Both the position numbers and the translations under genes were made by a program. The notes under the pieces were generated by a model, which made no database searches, had not been told where the DNA came from, and saw nothing but the letters and a program-made list of their open reading frames with translations. DNA of 64,000 nucleotides from contig JBEKXL010000004.1 in NCBI GenBank assembly GCA_049512075.1, positions 32,001 through 96,000 of the forward strand, given 5' to 3'. This DNA comes from Candidatus Bathyarchaeia archaeon (GTDB lineage: Archaea; Thermoproteota; Bathyarchaeia; Bathyarchaeales; Bathycorpusculaceae). Of this stretch, positions 29,339-39,404 are shown one piece after another. Numbering within the stretch: the first letter of the stretch is position 1; every line of letters begins with the position of its first letter.

Positions 29339-30448
29339 TCAGCCTTTGCTCTCTTTAATGAAACTCGTGAGTTGCCTTTGATTCTTCTGTTCCTTGGCAA
29401 AGTTTGAGATTTTGACCCCTATTCTGCGTGCCTCAGACCCTGTTTGATCTAAGAACTTCTCGAGCAGTTCCTTCACAGTTCCTTTCAAAGCTTCAAGGCT
29501 GTCTATGGGGTTTTCGAGGGTTTTTGATCTCGTGTGGATGCTCATGTCTGTTGTGATTACAATTATCCCGACAGTCTTGTACTCAAGCCTGTCCTTTGCG
29601 ATTGTGGCGTGTATTTCATTGCATAGTTGATCCGTTTTTTCCAGTATGAAGCTAAGCACACGAGAGTCATGTTTTAAGGTTGAGATTCTGCTGATTGACG
29701 TGGCCTCGCCTCTCTCTTGAACCGGTTCGTCGTCCATTCCTAGGGAGGCATTGTGGAAATACGTCGCCAGAGTCTTGCCGAAAACGGCGATTAGCTTCTG
29801 CATGTCATAGTTTGACAGGTCAAAGATTGTGTTAATCCCTAGCGCTTGCATTCTCTCTCTAGTTTTCGTTCCGACACCTATGAGTCGGCTCACGGGCAGC
29901 GGTGCTAGAAAGACTATGACCTGTTCGGGCGTGACGACGGTTAGGCCGTCGGGTTTTTTCGTGTCGGCCGCAATTTTTGCGACGAGTTTGTTAGGTGCCA
30001 CGCCGATTGAACACGCGAGTTTCTGTTGGCGTAGTACTTCGCTCTTAACGCTTTCAGCAAGCTTTCGGCCCTCTTCGAAACTTCCATTTGCTCTTTGGGT
30101 CACGTCAAGATAGGCTTCGTCTATCCCAACCTGTTCAAAACGGTCTGCGAAGCCTTTCAGGGTGTCCATCACTTTCCCGGAGATTTCCTCGTAAAAAGCA
30201 TAGTCCACAGGCAGGAAAAGTGCATTGGCACTCTCCAGTTTTTTCTTGGCCAGGAAAATGGGCATTCCTGATTTCACGCTGTACTCCCTGGCGATATAGT
30301 TCGCCGTACTTACAGCTCCGCTGTCTTCTGTTCGTCCGGAATAGACGCACACTACAACAGGCCTGCCTTTTATAGAGGGATTCCTGAGCTCCTCGCACTG
30401 GGCAAAGAAATAGTCCAAGTCCACAAGCATAACTACCCTTGACTGCAA
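29339..30448 (-). CDS. dinB: DNA polymerase IV (Y-family)
   Basis: VDLDYFFAQ, STANY.AR, GIDEAYLD, KLVAKIA...KPDG, GVGTKT. Confidence 0.95.
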   Translation of the reverse strand: MQSRVVMLVDLDYFFAQCEELRNPSIKGRPVVVCVYSGRTEDSGAVSTANYIAREYSVKSGMPIFLAKKKLESANALFLPVDYAFYEEISGKVMDTLKGFADRFEQVGIDEAYLDVTQRANGSFEEGRKLAESVKSEVLRQQKLACSIGVAPNKLVAKIAADTKKPDGLTVVTPEQVIVFLAPLPVSRLIGVGTKTRERMQALGINTIFDLSNYDMQKLIAVFGKTLATYFHNASLGMDDEPVQERGEATSISRISTLKHDSRVLSFILEKTDQLCNEIHATIAKDRLEYKTVGIIVITTDMSIHTRSKTLENPIDSLEALKGTVKELLEKFLDQTGSEARRIGVKISNFAKEQKNQRQLTSFIKESKG

Positions 30449-30785
30449 TGGCTGCCCCCTAATTGAAAATTCTTGCTGGACATTTACGTCTTCTGATGTG
30501 CCAACTCAGCGCACACACTTGACAGATGGCTTTCTGTGCGAGAAAGCCACAATGGGTTACCGTTTATTAGCCTCTAAGAACCACCTTTCTTTTCAATTCA
30601 TGGACACGGACTTACCCGTAAATCCTCTGTTTGCAGCGCACGCGCATTTGCGTTTTCAGTCAGCCACTCGGTATCGCTGAGCAGCAAACATCGAAACTTC
30701 AGGTCCAATATTTGTCCATCCGAGGTTGAAATAGTGCTTTAACGAAAGATAACTCTTTTCGCGCGCGCCTAAATCCGCGTGCCAA

Positions 30786-31202
30786 TCACGGTGTCGTTAC
30801 CTGTAGTGCTAGTTTCTCTCCGTTGCGATTATAGACTGCAACGTTTTTTTCATCGGTAAATGGGAAGCCTACGATCATGAGTATGGGTCCGAAAAAGTGG
30901 TTCAGATCGGCGTGGGAGGGTGTCAGATTGCCGGAAGGATGAGAATGTGCTGTTCCGACGATTGAGAAATCCATTGGTAACATGTGAAGCCGAATGTTGG
31001 CAAAGCCTCGCCCGTAGTTCGCAAGCGGAGGAACAAGGAGTTCCGTTATCGCGATGATGTCTTTCTTCTTCTCGCCTCTGAGCATTAGAATGGTTTCCTT
31101 GGGATAGAGGCTCTTGGCGCCCTCGAAAATCGTTTGTAGCAACTCCTGACTGATAGAGATGGCGCTGTATTTTGGCACAAACCCTTTGAAGCCTTCCCGC
31201 AC
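30786..31202 (-). CDS. JAMM/MPN+ metalloprotease
   Basis: YPKE...GTAHSHPSGNLTPSHADL. Confidence 0.88.
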   Translation of the reverse strand: MREGFKGFVPKYSAISISQELLQTIFEGAKSLYPKETILMLRGEKKKDIIAITELLVPPLANYGRGFANIRLHMLPMDFSIVGTAHSHPSGNLTPSHADLNHFFGPILMIVGFPFTDEKNVAVYNRNGEKLALQVTTP

Positions 31203-31418
31203 TTAAGTGCCTTTCGAAGCGTGCGCATCAAGACAATATCACATAATCCTTTTGTTTTTTGTGCGTTCCCTTGTTCTTCAGCTCTTGAAAGATTGCTCCA
31301 AAAATCGAATTAGAGGCGGGGTTGCATTATTGATTCTGCGACATTGCAAGACGGTCATCTCGGTCAAAAGCAATGCCAAACAGTAAAATAGTCAAAATCT
31401 CTGTCTAAGAACTGGAAG

Positions 31419-32114
31419 TTGAGGGAGAGAAGACTGAGAAGGATAAGAATAGCGTCTTTTGATCTGGATGGGACTCTTACGGACATTTCATTCGTGGATT
31501 CCGTGTGGTTAGAGGGAATTCCTCGTTTGTATGCCCTTAAGTACGGTCTTGCGTTTGAAGATGCTAAAAGTTTCGTGACGCGCGAATACGGCAAGGTTGG
31601 CAGGGAGAGGCTTGAGTGGTATGATTTGAGTTATTGGATTGGTAAACTCGGTTTGGATGTTTCTCCTGGAGAGATTTTGAGTTCTTTTCAACATAGAATA
31701 GGGGTTTTCCCTGAAGTGACTGAAGTCTTGGAGGAGTTTAGGAACGTGGGATTAAGGCTGATAATAGTGACGAATGCTCGCAGAGAATTCGCTGATTTGG
31801 AGCTTGAAAAGACAAAGATTGGGCGTTATTTTGAGCGGGTTTTTTCTGCAACCTCCGATTTTGGACTTATCAAGAAAACGCCTAACCTTTACAAAAAAGT
31901 ATGCAGCATCTGCGAGGTTTCCCCCCAAGAAATGATTCATGTGGGCGATGATCAGTGTTTCGATTTTGAGGTCCCAAACAAAATTGGAATAGAGGCCTTC
32001 TACCTCGACAGAACTGGCAAACATTCAGGGCAGTCCGTAATTCACAGTTTAATGGAGCTAGGTCAAAAGCTAACAACTCGGACTGGACAAAACGGGCACA
32101 AGAAGAGTCCATAA
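31419..32114 (+). CDS. HAD-superfamily hydrolase
   Basis: FDLDGTL, VTNA, HVGDD. Confidence 0.9.
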   Translation: MRERRLRRIRIASFDLDGTLTDISFVDSVWLEGIPRLYALKYGLAFEDAKSFVTREYGKVGRERLEWYDLSYWIGKLGLDVSPGEILSSFQHRIGVFPEVTEVLEEFRNVGLRLIIVTNARREFADLELEKTKIGRYFERVFSATSDFGLIKKTPNLYKKVCSICEVSPQEMIHVGDDQCFDFEVPNKIGIEAFYLDRTGKHSGQSVIHSLMELGQKLTTRTGQNGHKKSP

Positions 32115-32149
32115 CACGATAATGCATGCTGGAATCAAAACACAATTAA

Positions 32150-32980
32150 GTGCAATCTCATTTTTCCTCTCTGGACGGTCAATTCACATTGAATACTTGG
32201 CGATTGTTGAGACTCGAAACACACAACGCATTCATGAACATGGCTATCGACGAAGCCATCCTGAATGCCAGAATTGAAGGCCATATCACGGATACCCTGA
32301 GATTCTTCCGTTGGAAACCCTCCGCAGTTTCAATCGGGAAATTTCAAAAGGTCCAAAACGAGGTGCAACTGGAAAACTGCAAGCAACGAGGCATCGACGT
32401 TGTGAGGCGGATCACGGGAGGAGGCACCGTATATCATGACGCCGAGGATGAGATCACCTACAGCGTAGTCGCGAGTAAAGAGAACTTGAAAGCAGACGAC
32501 ATAGCCGACGTCTATGAAAGAATCTACACTGGTCTAACCGAAGCGCTGGGTATCTTGGGCGTGACTGCAGACTTCAATGAAGGCAGTGCGAAGGCATGTC
32601 CAAACCTGACGGTCAAAGGCAGAAAAATCTCTGGAAGCGCTCAGTGTCACAAGCGCGGAGTCGTCTTGCAGCATGGAACAATCCTTGCCAACGTCAACCT
32701 GGAAAAAATGTTCACATACCTGCGTGTTCCCTGGGCCGAAAGCCGCATGCAGGTTGTAAGCGTCGCAAGACGCAAACATACCTCGCTGTACGACGAACTT
32801 GGAAAAAATGTTTCACCGGCGGAATTGATTCATGCCCTAAGAGAAGGCTTTGAGCAAGCCTTGGACATAAGAATCGTTAGCGGTGAACTGACACCTCGTG
32901 AACGTGAGCTTGCAGAAAGACTTTGCGAACAAAAATACGCTACCGCAGATTGGAATCTCCACTGTGGAAGCAGCAACTGA
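32150..32980 (+). CDS. Lipoate/octanoate-protein ligase (LplA/LipM family)
   Basis: NMAIDEA, RRITGGGTVYHD, KISGSAQ, LQHGT. Confidence 0.9.
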   Translation: MQSHFSSLDGQFTLNTWRLLRLETHNAFMNMAIDEAILNARIEGHITDTLRFFRWKPSAVSIGKFQKVQNEVQLENCKQRGIDVVRRITGGGTVYHDAEDEITYSVVASKENLKADDIADVYERIYTGLTEALGILGVTADFNEGSAKACPNLTVKGRKISGSAQCHKRGVVLQHGTILANVNLEKMFTYLRVPWAESRMQVVSVARRKHTSLYDELGKNVSPAELIHALREGFEQALDIRIVSGELTPRERELAERLCEQKYATADWNLHCGSSN

Positions 32981-33061
32981 CGGCCAACATTCACAACGTC
33001 TTCTCAACGAATCAGCCTTCTAGATAGAAGAAACCAAGGAAAATACAGTTGTCTGTGAGGC

Positions 33062-33613
33062 TCAGTTTCCGCATCTGACACCTAGAGTCTTTGCCAACCG
33101 CTTGAAGGCAGCGTCGCTCATCCACTCAGTTTTGAGGTACTGGCAAATCCTCTCGTCCTTCAATCCCAGTTTTCTTGCTTCTTCAACCGCATAATTGTAA
33201 GCTTCAACTTCAGTGGGTCTTTCCGTGTAACCGTAGTGGCTGTCAAACAGCTCTTTTCCTTCCATCAACTGCTTCACATGAACAAGCTCATGAACCACAT
33301 CGAGGTAAACGTCTATCCTGTCACCCTTGTTTAGGTACTTGGAGTTAACCATGAGATGCCCGTTTGAGGCATTCACCCCCATGTAGCCTCCTGCCCACAT
33401 GAACTGAACCTCAAGATTTCGAAGCACTTCCTCGGTTCTTTCGCCGAAGAGCCTTCTCACAGTCTCGACCTTCTCGAAGCCTTTGAAGTAATCCGGAAAT
33501 GGGTGCGCCGATCCTCTAAAGAGTAAGATCCTGTCAATGCGCACTGCTCGAGCCAGACGCAGCATTCTAAACATCAGGCGCTCACGCCAATCCATGTTTG
33601 CCATGCTCCTCAC
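33062..33613 (-). CDS. Hypothetical protein with HExxH zincin-like motif
   Basis: VVHELVHVKQ...PTEVEAY. Confidence 0.65.
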   Translation of the reverse strand: MRSMANMDWRERLMFRMLRLARAVRIDRILLFRGSAHPFPDYFKGFEKVETVRRLFGERTEEVLRNLEVQFMWAGGYMGVNASNGHLMVNSKYLNKGDRIDVYLDVVHELVHVKQLMEGKELFDSHYGYTERPTEVEAYNYAVEEARKLGLKDERICQYLKTEWMSDAAFKRLAKTLGVRCGN

Positions 33614-33656
33614 GTTCCCTCAGCAGCCATGCTTCTTTGTTCATGGATGAATCGAT

Positions 33657-33680
33657 TTAGTGTTTCTCAATTCTCCATTT
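33657..33680 (-). other. att site with displaced original cysS 3' end (core TCTCCATTT at 33672-33680)
   Basis: Minus strand reads AAA TGG AGA ATT GAG AAA CAC TAA = KWRIEKH*, continuing cysS ...QGVKWR; 9-bp core identical to 44613-44621. Confidence 0.8.
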
Positions 33681-33799
33681 ACTAGGCTTGTAAGCCACGT
33701 TTGAATGTTGGAAAGTGTATGAGAATAACGGTGTTTCATGCACAACCCTTTCAAAATTCCTTTAGTTGTTGTTGTTTGAGGTAAATAATAATATAAACC

Positions 33800-34927
33800 C
33801 TATCCTCTCGTTTCCTGATTTGTCACTTGCGGGTCCGTCTTAAGCTCACGGATGCCATGCCCCACAGTGGTTTCAGCATACTTGCCATGTGCCCGTTTGC
33901 ATGGAGCACAGAAGCCGCTCCTCTGAACTGACAGGTTGTGCCTGTCAACATGCAGCAGCGGAGTTCTGCTTGAACGGTGAAACCTGCTTGCAAGTTGCAC
34001 GTAACCCATGCCTTCCTCAACGTACGCTAAAATCATCGAAACATGCTCCGCATCACCGACGGTTTTGAAGCGCCCCCTATCAACGGACTCCGTCAACATT
34101 TCGCTATACTCGATTCGGAAGCCTAAGTTTCGCAGTATGTCCTCATTGGCTGTTTTGTGCCATGGAATCTCCTTAAAGACTCCGTAGCCTATTGCTCCTC
34201 GGCGTGACAGTACAACGAACCTTTGCGGCTGCATGTCTCGCAGCATGTTGGCAGAAACAAACTTGTACATCCACCGCAAATCTTTGCCTAAACCTGGCGC
34301 TCCCTGGGACTTCAAAAACGTGAAGTCCGCAACGGTTCGCACATCAACATCAACGCTTGAGAATCGCAGACTGTCCAAGCCCATCGAAACACCCAAATGA
34401 CGACTCTCGCGAAGCAGATATGCAACTTGACTTTTTGCCTCCAACTGATTTTCGGAGACCCTCAACCTCGAATAGAACAAGTTTGCCGCTTCCCTCGCGA
34501 CACAATAGATCAGTTTTGAATAGTGCAGTCTTCTGTACATAACGTCAAGTGTGTGAGCGCCTGCCGAAAACTCTTGAGCTATGTTCGCGAACATCGGACT
34601 TGCAGAGATAATCATGTTGTACGTGTTAAGATCATGCAATGTCAACGAGTCTGCAACTCGCGTTTCATAGGAACAGCTAACATCCACGTTTTCGCCTTTG
34701 AGCAACAGAATTTTTGCGTCTGTTGCAGCGGGACTTCTCAACCATGCCAAGCCCTCGCCGTCCCTGCTGCCGAAGAGGTCTAGGATGGAGTGGCCGCGTT
34801 CGATGAAGGATTCTCCGATGCTTTCAAGCAAACTGCTTTTTCCAGACCCTCTCGTACCCAACACAAAGAAAACTGACGGTGCATCATAATTAATAACGTC
34901 TTTACCCCTGCACCATCGCACAATCAC
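33800..34927 (-). CDS. P-loop ATPase (FtsK/HerA/packaging-ATPase-like) with C-terminal HTH-like region and CxxC
   Basis: GTRGSGKS, REAANLF Walker B-like, RESRHLG Arg-finger-like, CAPC. Confidence 0.7.
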   Translation of the reverse strand: MIVRWCRGKDVINYDAPSVFFVLGTRGSGKSSLLESIGESFIERGHSILDLFGSRDGEGLAWLRSPAATDAKILLLKGENVDVSCSYETRVADSLTLHDLNTYNMIISASPMFANIAQEFSAGAHTLDVMYRRLHYSKLIYCVAREAANLFYSRLRVSENQLEAKSQVAYLLRESRHLGVSMGLDSLRFSSVDVDVRTVADFTFLKSQGAPGLGKDLRWMYKFVSANMLRDMQPQRFVVLSRRGAIGYGVFKEIPWHKTANEDILRNLGFRIEYSEMLTESVDRGRFKTVGDAEHVSMILAYVEEGMGYVQLASRFHRSSRTPLLHVDRHNLSVQRSGFCAPCKRAHGKYAETTVGHGIRELKTDPQVTNQETRG

Positions 34928-35364
34928 TTTTCAGAACCGCCTTTTTCGTCTTCGTCTTTCTGTTGTTGTTCCAAATCTTTGAAGTTTCCTGCACCAACTG
35001 GCTCCCAGAACCGCTCTAAATATCCATGTGCCCACAAACTATCTTTGTAGAGGCTAAGCAGCCTTCGCGTTTCGCCGTACAGAAATTTTCTGCAGATCGC
35101 GTTAAACTTATCGTTTGAGACGCCTATGCCGTTAATCGGGCTGTAGGTTTGACGCTTGATTCTGACGATGGTTTGCTGTGCTCTGTCAAAGTCTGCTTTA
35201 CATTCGTGCACGACTTCTGGCGGCGCTACACTATTCAAAGTTTTAATGCACTCCCACGCGCCGACGCTGTTTCCATTGTTCATTTGGCTCACGACATCAT
35301 GCAGAGCTGCCACTAACAAGCTTTGATATGGCGGCTGGTAATTTCGCCGCTCAGGTTCACTCAT
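34924..35364 (-). CDS. Hypothetical element protein
   Basis: Overlaps the ATPase start by 4 bp; GAGGTGA upstream. Confidence 0.65.
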   Translation of the reverse strand: MSEPERRNYQPPYQSLLVAALHDVVSQMNNGNSVGAWECIKTLNSVAPPEVVHECKADFDRAQQTIVRIKRQTYSPINGIGVSNDKFNAICRKFLYGETRRLLSLYKDSLWAHGYLERFWEPVGAGNFKDLEQQQKDEDEKGGSEK

Positions 35365-35406
35365 TCTGACGATTCACCTCTTCCTTTTTGTTTTTCAATC
35401 ACACAC

Positions 35407-35592
35407 TCACTTTCTATTTCTTTTTCTCGGCACAGTCGGATTTTGATGGTAAGACTTATGCTCGGTCGCGTTTGCGAGTTCGCGCTCAAAATGCCGTCGG
35501 ATTATTGGATGTGCCTGAACCGTGTCCTGTGCTGCTTTAACTCGTTTCGCTGTGTAGCTTTCGACTGTTTCTTTCCTCACCAAATTTATCAC
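35407..35592 (-). CDS. Small basic hypothetical protein
   Basis: In a tightly packed co-directional gene string. Confidence 0.45.
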   Translation of the reverse strand: MINLVRKETVESYTAKRVKAAQDTVQAHPIIRRHFERELANATEHKSYHQNPTVPRKRNRK

Positions 35593-35598
35593 CCCCCT

Positions 35599-35787
35599 CT
35601 AAATCGTGTAAGCTTTGCTACCGTCACGCTCTCCAAGTTGTTTCTTAATCTGTTCTCGCTGCCTTTCCAGTTCCAAGCGAAGCTTTGTCTCACACAAGTC
35701 AAGCTTCATAGATTCTAAAGCCAAACGGTCAAACCTGTCTGTCATCCTTCTGTTTTTGCGTCTATGTTTCAGCCAAGCATTGAACAT
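35599..35787 (-). CDS. Small coiled-coil hypothetical protein
   Basis: GGAGGA upstream; KLRLELERQREQIKKQL. Confidence 0.55.
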   Translation of the reverse strand: MFNAWLKHRRKNRRMTDRFDRLALESMKLDLCETKLRLELERQREQIKKQLGERDGSKAYTI

Positions 35788-36096
35788 CTATCTCTTCCTC
35801 CGCTTAGAAGCTGGTTTGCCAGCGAACACTGTGCCCAAATTGTCAACTCGGTGGCTGACCTTCTGTGTGCGTTGGGTGAAAGTTGGCCTCGGTTTAGGAC
35901 GCGCTGCACGTGGCAAAGGTGTATGATGGATTGGTTCGCTTGAGGGTGAGTAAACAATGATTTTCTGCCTTGGCAGATAATTGACCCTATGTTGCGGTTG
36001 CTTCGGTTGCTCTTGCGTCGTCTCTTGTGAAGTGTCGCTCTCGGAAGATTTCCAAACCTTGCCATTGCGTTTCTTTCTCCATGCTGAACCCGACAT
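35788..36096 (-). CDS. Small basic hypothetical protein
   Basis: Abuts neighbouring genes; R/K/P-rich. Confidence 0.5.
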   Translation of the reverse strand: MSGSAWRKKRNGKVWKSSESDTSQETTQEQPKQPQHRVNYLPRQKIIVYSPSSEPIHHTPLPRAARPKPRPTFTQRTQKVSHRVDNLGTVFAGKPASKRRKR

Positions 36097-36098
36097 GC

Positions 36099-36245
36099 CT
36101 AATCAACCTCTTCAACGGTCACTTCATAATCTCGCAACTTCGCTTTAGCGTGGATTTCAGCCGCAAGCCTCTGGCACTCCAACAAGACACGCCGTCGCGC
36201 CCTCTCTTCGACGCTGATAGGCTCAACCACATCAGACCCACTCAT
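36099..36245 (-). CDS. 48-aa hypothetical protein
   Basis: MSGSDVVEPISVEERARRRVLLECQRLAAEIHAKAKLRDYEVTVEEVD; ATGA overlap with the upstream gene fills the gap exactly. Confidence 0.5.
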   Translation of the reverse strand: MSGSDVVEPISVEERARRRVLLECQRLAAEIHAKAKLRDYEVTVEEVD

Positions 36246-36604
36246 TCTTCATTTTCCTCTGAATCAGCAGAATCAATGAAGGCAAATTCCTCGAAGCATT
36301 TGGTATGCGCATAGGCTCTCCTCATTCCCCGGACGCGTCCGTGTTGGCGTTTCGATTCTTGATAGGATAAAGGTCGGTATCGATGCCCTTTGTCCTCTGA
36401 AACCCATAACCGTTTCGAAACTTTAGGCTCATTCGGCTGGATAATTCTGTGACAATAGCGGCATACTTTTGGTGGACTTGTGCGTGTGTGCTTTTTGGGT
36501 TTCTCTTTACTACTCGTTACCGTGTTACTGAGTTTACCGAGTTCCTCCAGAGCGCAGGCATCTTTTTGAGTGTTTTCTCCATGCTTTTCTTCCATTGTGT
36601 CCAT
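36242..36604 (-). CDS. Zinc-finger protein (CxxC...HxxC)
   Basis: VCRYCHR...AHTKCF. Confidence 0.6.
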   Translation of the reverse strand: MDTMEEKHGENTQKDACALEELGKLSNTVTSSKEKPKKHTRTSPPKVCRYCHRIIQPNEPKVSKRLWVSEDKGHRYRPLSYQESKRQHGRVRGMRRAYAHTKCFEEFAFIDSADSEENEE

Positions 36605-36616
36605 GCTTTTCCCCCC

Positions 36617-38735
36617 CTACGCTCCTTCGGAACTTAGTAAACTTGGTAACTTGGTAACGAGTTCGTAACCGTACTTCTTTGCTACCCGCCGAAGCTTTTC
36701 TAAAGGAAAAAGGTAGCTTTTGGTTGACGCCCAGTGGCCTTCAGAATCCTTTTCTCTTATGACCTTTGTTTCACCGCTAAGTATCTCTCTGAGCCTATAG
36801 CCCACCCTGTTCTTTGTGATTATTCCAAAGTCGCCAGTATCCATCTCGTTGGGTTTGTTCTCGTTCACTCGACCATTCAACTCGTAACCTAGCTCCTGCC
36901 ATATAGTTCTGAAGGGCAAAGACTCGATGACAAACTTAGCTTCATTGTGGAGGTCTACGACGACCTTAACGATTTTTCCCTCTAACGTGTCCTGCCTGCC
37001 GCTCAACCTAGCTTTGCTCTGCTCATCCACAAACTTGAACAGGTTATCATAGAATGGCAGGCCAACTGTAATTTGTAGAAGAGGCTTCCAGAGTTCCTTG
37101 AGCCTCCCTTTTACGGCAAGTTCAACAGCAGGCAGCTCTAAGCCTCGGGTTTCCATCCGCCATTTCAGAAGCATGTTTCTAAGGGTCTGCATCCGCGCTT
37201 TGTCTTCCTTCGTTAAATCAGCCCATTCTTTTCGCGGGGACCCTTCAACCATTGCGATGAAGAGGAATCTCTCGTTAAATCCCTTCACTTGGGGTATCTG
37301 CTCGCTGGCGCATGATTTGAAACAGAAGGTTCGATAATACTTGATTATCCTGTCGAAACTTGTTATCAGGGTTCTAGGAACCACTGCTCCCGCCTTGTAT
37401 CCGGCTTTGTAAATCTTGATTTTGTCCGTGTCTTTGTGGATGCCTTGCACTTCGTCTTCAAGTATGCAGCCCTGCCCATCAGAATCTTCTAGGTATCCGT
37501 AGAGGTCAGCGGAGGGGATTGTCACGCCGTACATTGGGCGGTAGGACAGGTTCTTTAAGACGTTGAGGACGGTGGATTTTCCGCTTTCATTGTCACCGTA
37601 CAAGAAGAGATAGGGGACTGTAGTAAGCTTCTCTTGTTGATAGGTCAACATGACACATGCGGTTAGAACGTCCTTCCAAATTGGCTCTACATCAACCCAG
37701 GTTTCAAACTCGTCGCGGATCTGTGCGGCTAATTCTTTTTGGCTGGGTGTCTGTCCGATGATGTATCCGTAAGGCTCGTATGGGACATTCTGCATTTCCT
37801 TTGGAGCAAAGGTTTCCTCGCATATGTCTACAGTTTCGATTAGACTGAAGTCTCCGCCATTCAACTTTAGAAAGAAGGGTCTTCCATCATTGTAGACAGC
37901 TTCGAAGCACCCTTCTGCTAGTATGCCCGAGTCCTTCAGTTTCCGCCGTGTTTTCTTCTCGACTGGCTCGGCTATGTTGTCAGTCTTGCTTTTTCTTGCG
38001 AGAGCGTTTTCTACCATGCGTTTTAAGTCGGCCTCATTCATGGGAGGATCGTTTAGTTTGTTCCATTCTTGCATGGCATGAAAGGCTGTTGCCGCATCGA
38101 ATGTTTGAACTCCAACTAGATAGTTAGCGAATTTTATGCCTTGCGCGTGTCTTGTGCCCTGCGGAACTCCTTTTCGCATTTGCTCAAAAGTAATGGGCTG
38201 TTTAGGATCACTGCCTAAGTAGGGTTCAAAAAGCTTCATAAAATCGTCATACCGCATTTTTGCGAAGGGACGGTCTTGGGTGATCGTGTAAGTTCCTATT
38301 TTAGGCTCACTGGTCCTCAAGTCTCTGTAGTGAATTTCTGTTCCTGGAGCTACCAAGTAATAGTTTTGCGCTCGAATTTCTCCGCACCCTTCATCTTCGC
38401 CCTTCAAGTGCAAAGTTTTGTTTTGAACCTGTCCGCCTTCGACAACAACATAGAAATGAGTTAGTCCGCGGCGGGGGCTGCGAACCTCAAACGTGGGGGG
38501 GGAGAATCTGTCTTAGTATTGTGTCCATGCTCACTTTATCCGCGTCAACGAGAACTAACCCGTCTCTGCCGCATATTCCCCAGCAAGGCCAACCCTTCAT
38601 TTCTTGCGGCGTGTACAGTCTGTTTTGCCATTCAGATTCAAACGCTGCTTTTTCATCATTAAGTTTCAAGAATCTTCGTGTGTCGAATCCGGCTTCTTGG
38701 AGTCGTTGGATTAATGTCTGTTGCTCAGCATTCAA
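36617..38735 (-). CDS. Prim-Pol primase/polymerase-PriCT-helicase replication protein, split by +1 in a C8 tract
   Basis: 38487-38735 has WGICG..LVLVDAD; with C7 it continues LPPTFEVRSPRRGLTHFY...GEIRAQNYYLVAPG (AEP motifs), PriCT-like GTRH..WNKLNDPPM, Walker A GDNESGKS, ILEDE. Confidence 0.8.
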
Positions 38736-38753
38736 AAGGAAGAAGCCCCCAGG

Positions 38754-39056
38754 CTACTTTGGGATTGTAAAGTGTGACGCTCGACCTGCGCTCACGTAAC
38801 TCCCGTTGTATTCACGGACAATCTTAGAGAGTTCTGCAAATGTTGACGGTTGTAAGAAAGCGCGGGGGCGAATTTCCCAGTTGGTTATCATGTCGGAAAC
38901 CGTAACAAGCTCAGACAGGTTTTCAGGGAAAACAGGAGGTTTGATGTTGCTTGGAATCTTTGCCGGTTCACCGACTTTTTGAACATGTAATTTTCCCTCA
39001 TAGAACTTTTGTCCAATCTTCACAAGTATCTCGATTTCTTGAGCCTGTTCGCTCAT
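38754..39056 (-). CDS. Hypothetical element protein
   Basis: Clean ORF with GGTGA upstream, in the replication operon. Confidence 0.6.
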   Translation of the reverse strand: MSEQAQEIEILVKIGQKFYEGKLHVQKVGEPAKIPSNIKPPVFPENLSELVTVSDMITNWEIRPRAFLQPSTFAELSKIVREYNGSYVSAGRASHFTIPK

Positions 39057-39157
39057 GCTAATTCACCACGAAGGACTTTTCGGGCCTCTGAAAGTTGTTC
39101 CTGCAAACTCGCAAGCAACTCTCTGACCTTGGCAAGCTTTTCCGCGTCGCTAGACAT

Positions 39158-39343
39158 TTACGTTATCACCTTGACGCCTAATGCTTTCTTGTCGTCAGCC
39201 GACAGGTATGATAGGCTGGCAAGCTCTTTTCGGACGGCCCGTCTGACAAAATCGCTTAGATCTTCGCCTCTGGACTTTGAAACTTTTTTTAGTAAGTCCT
39301 TGTCTTCTACGCTGATTCGTACACCAATTATGCAGTTGCTCAT
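39158..39343 (-). CDS. RHH/CopG regulator
   Basis: IGVRISVEDKDLLKKVSKSRGEDLSDFVRRAVRKEL. Confidence 0.8.
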   Translation of the reverse strand: MSNCIIGVRISVEDKDLLKKVSKSRGEDLSDFVRRAVRKELASLSYLSADDKKALGVKVIT

Positions 39344-39404
39344 AGTTTGACACTGTCAAACTTTAAATAGATAAGTCTAGTAGCTTACTAAGTAAGGTGA
39401 AAAA

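Noticed and set aside
33620-33800. tRNA gene as the integration target
   Set aside because: No cloverleaf or T-loop consensus at either end of the element; the att core maps to cysS.
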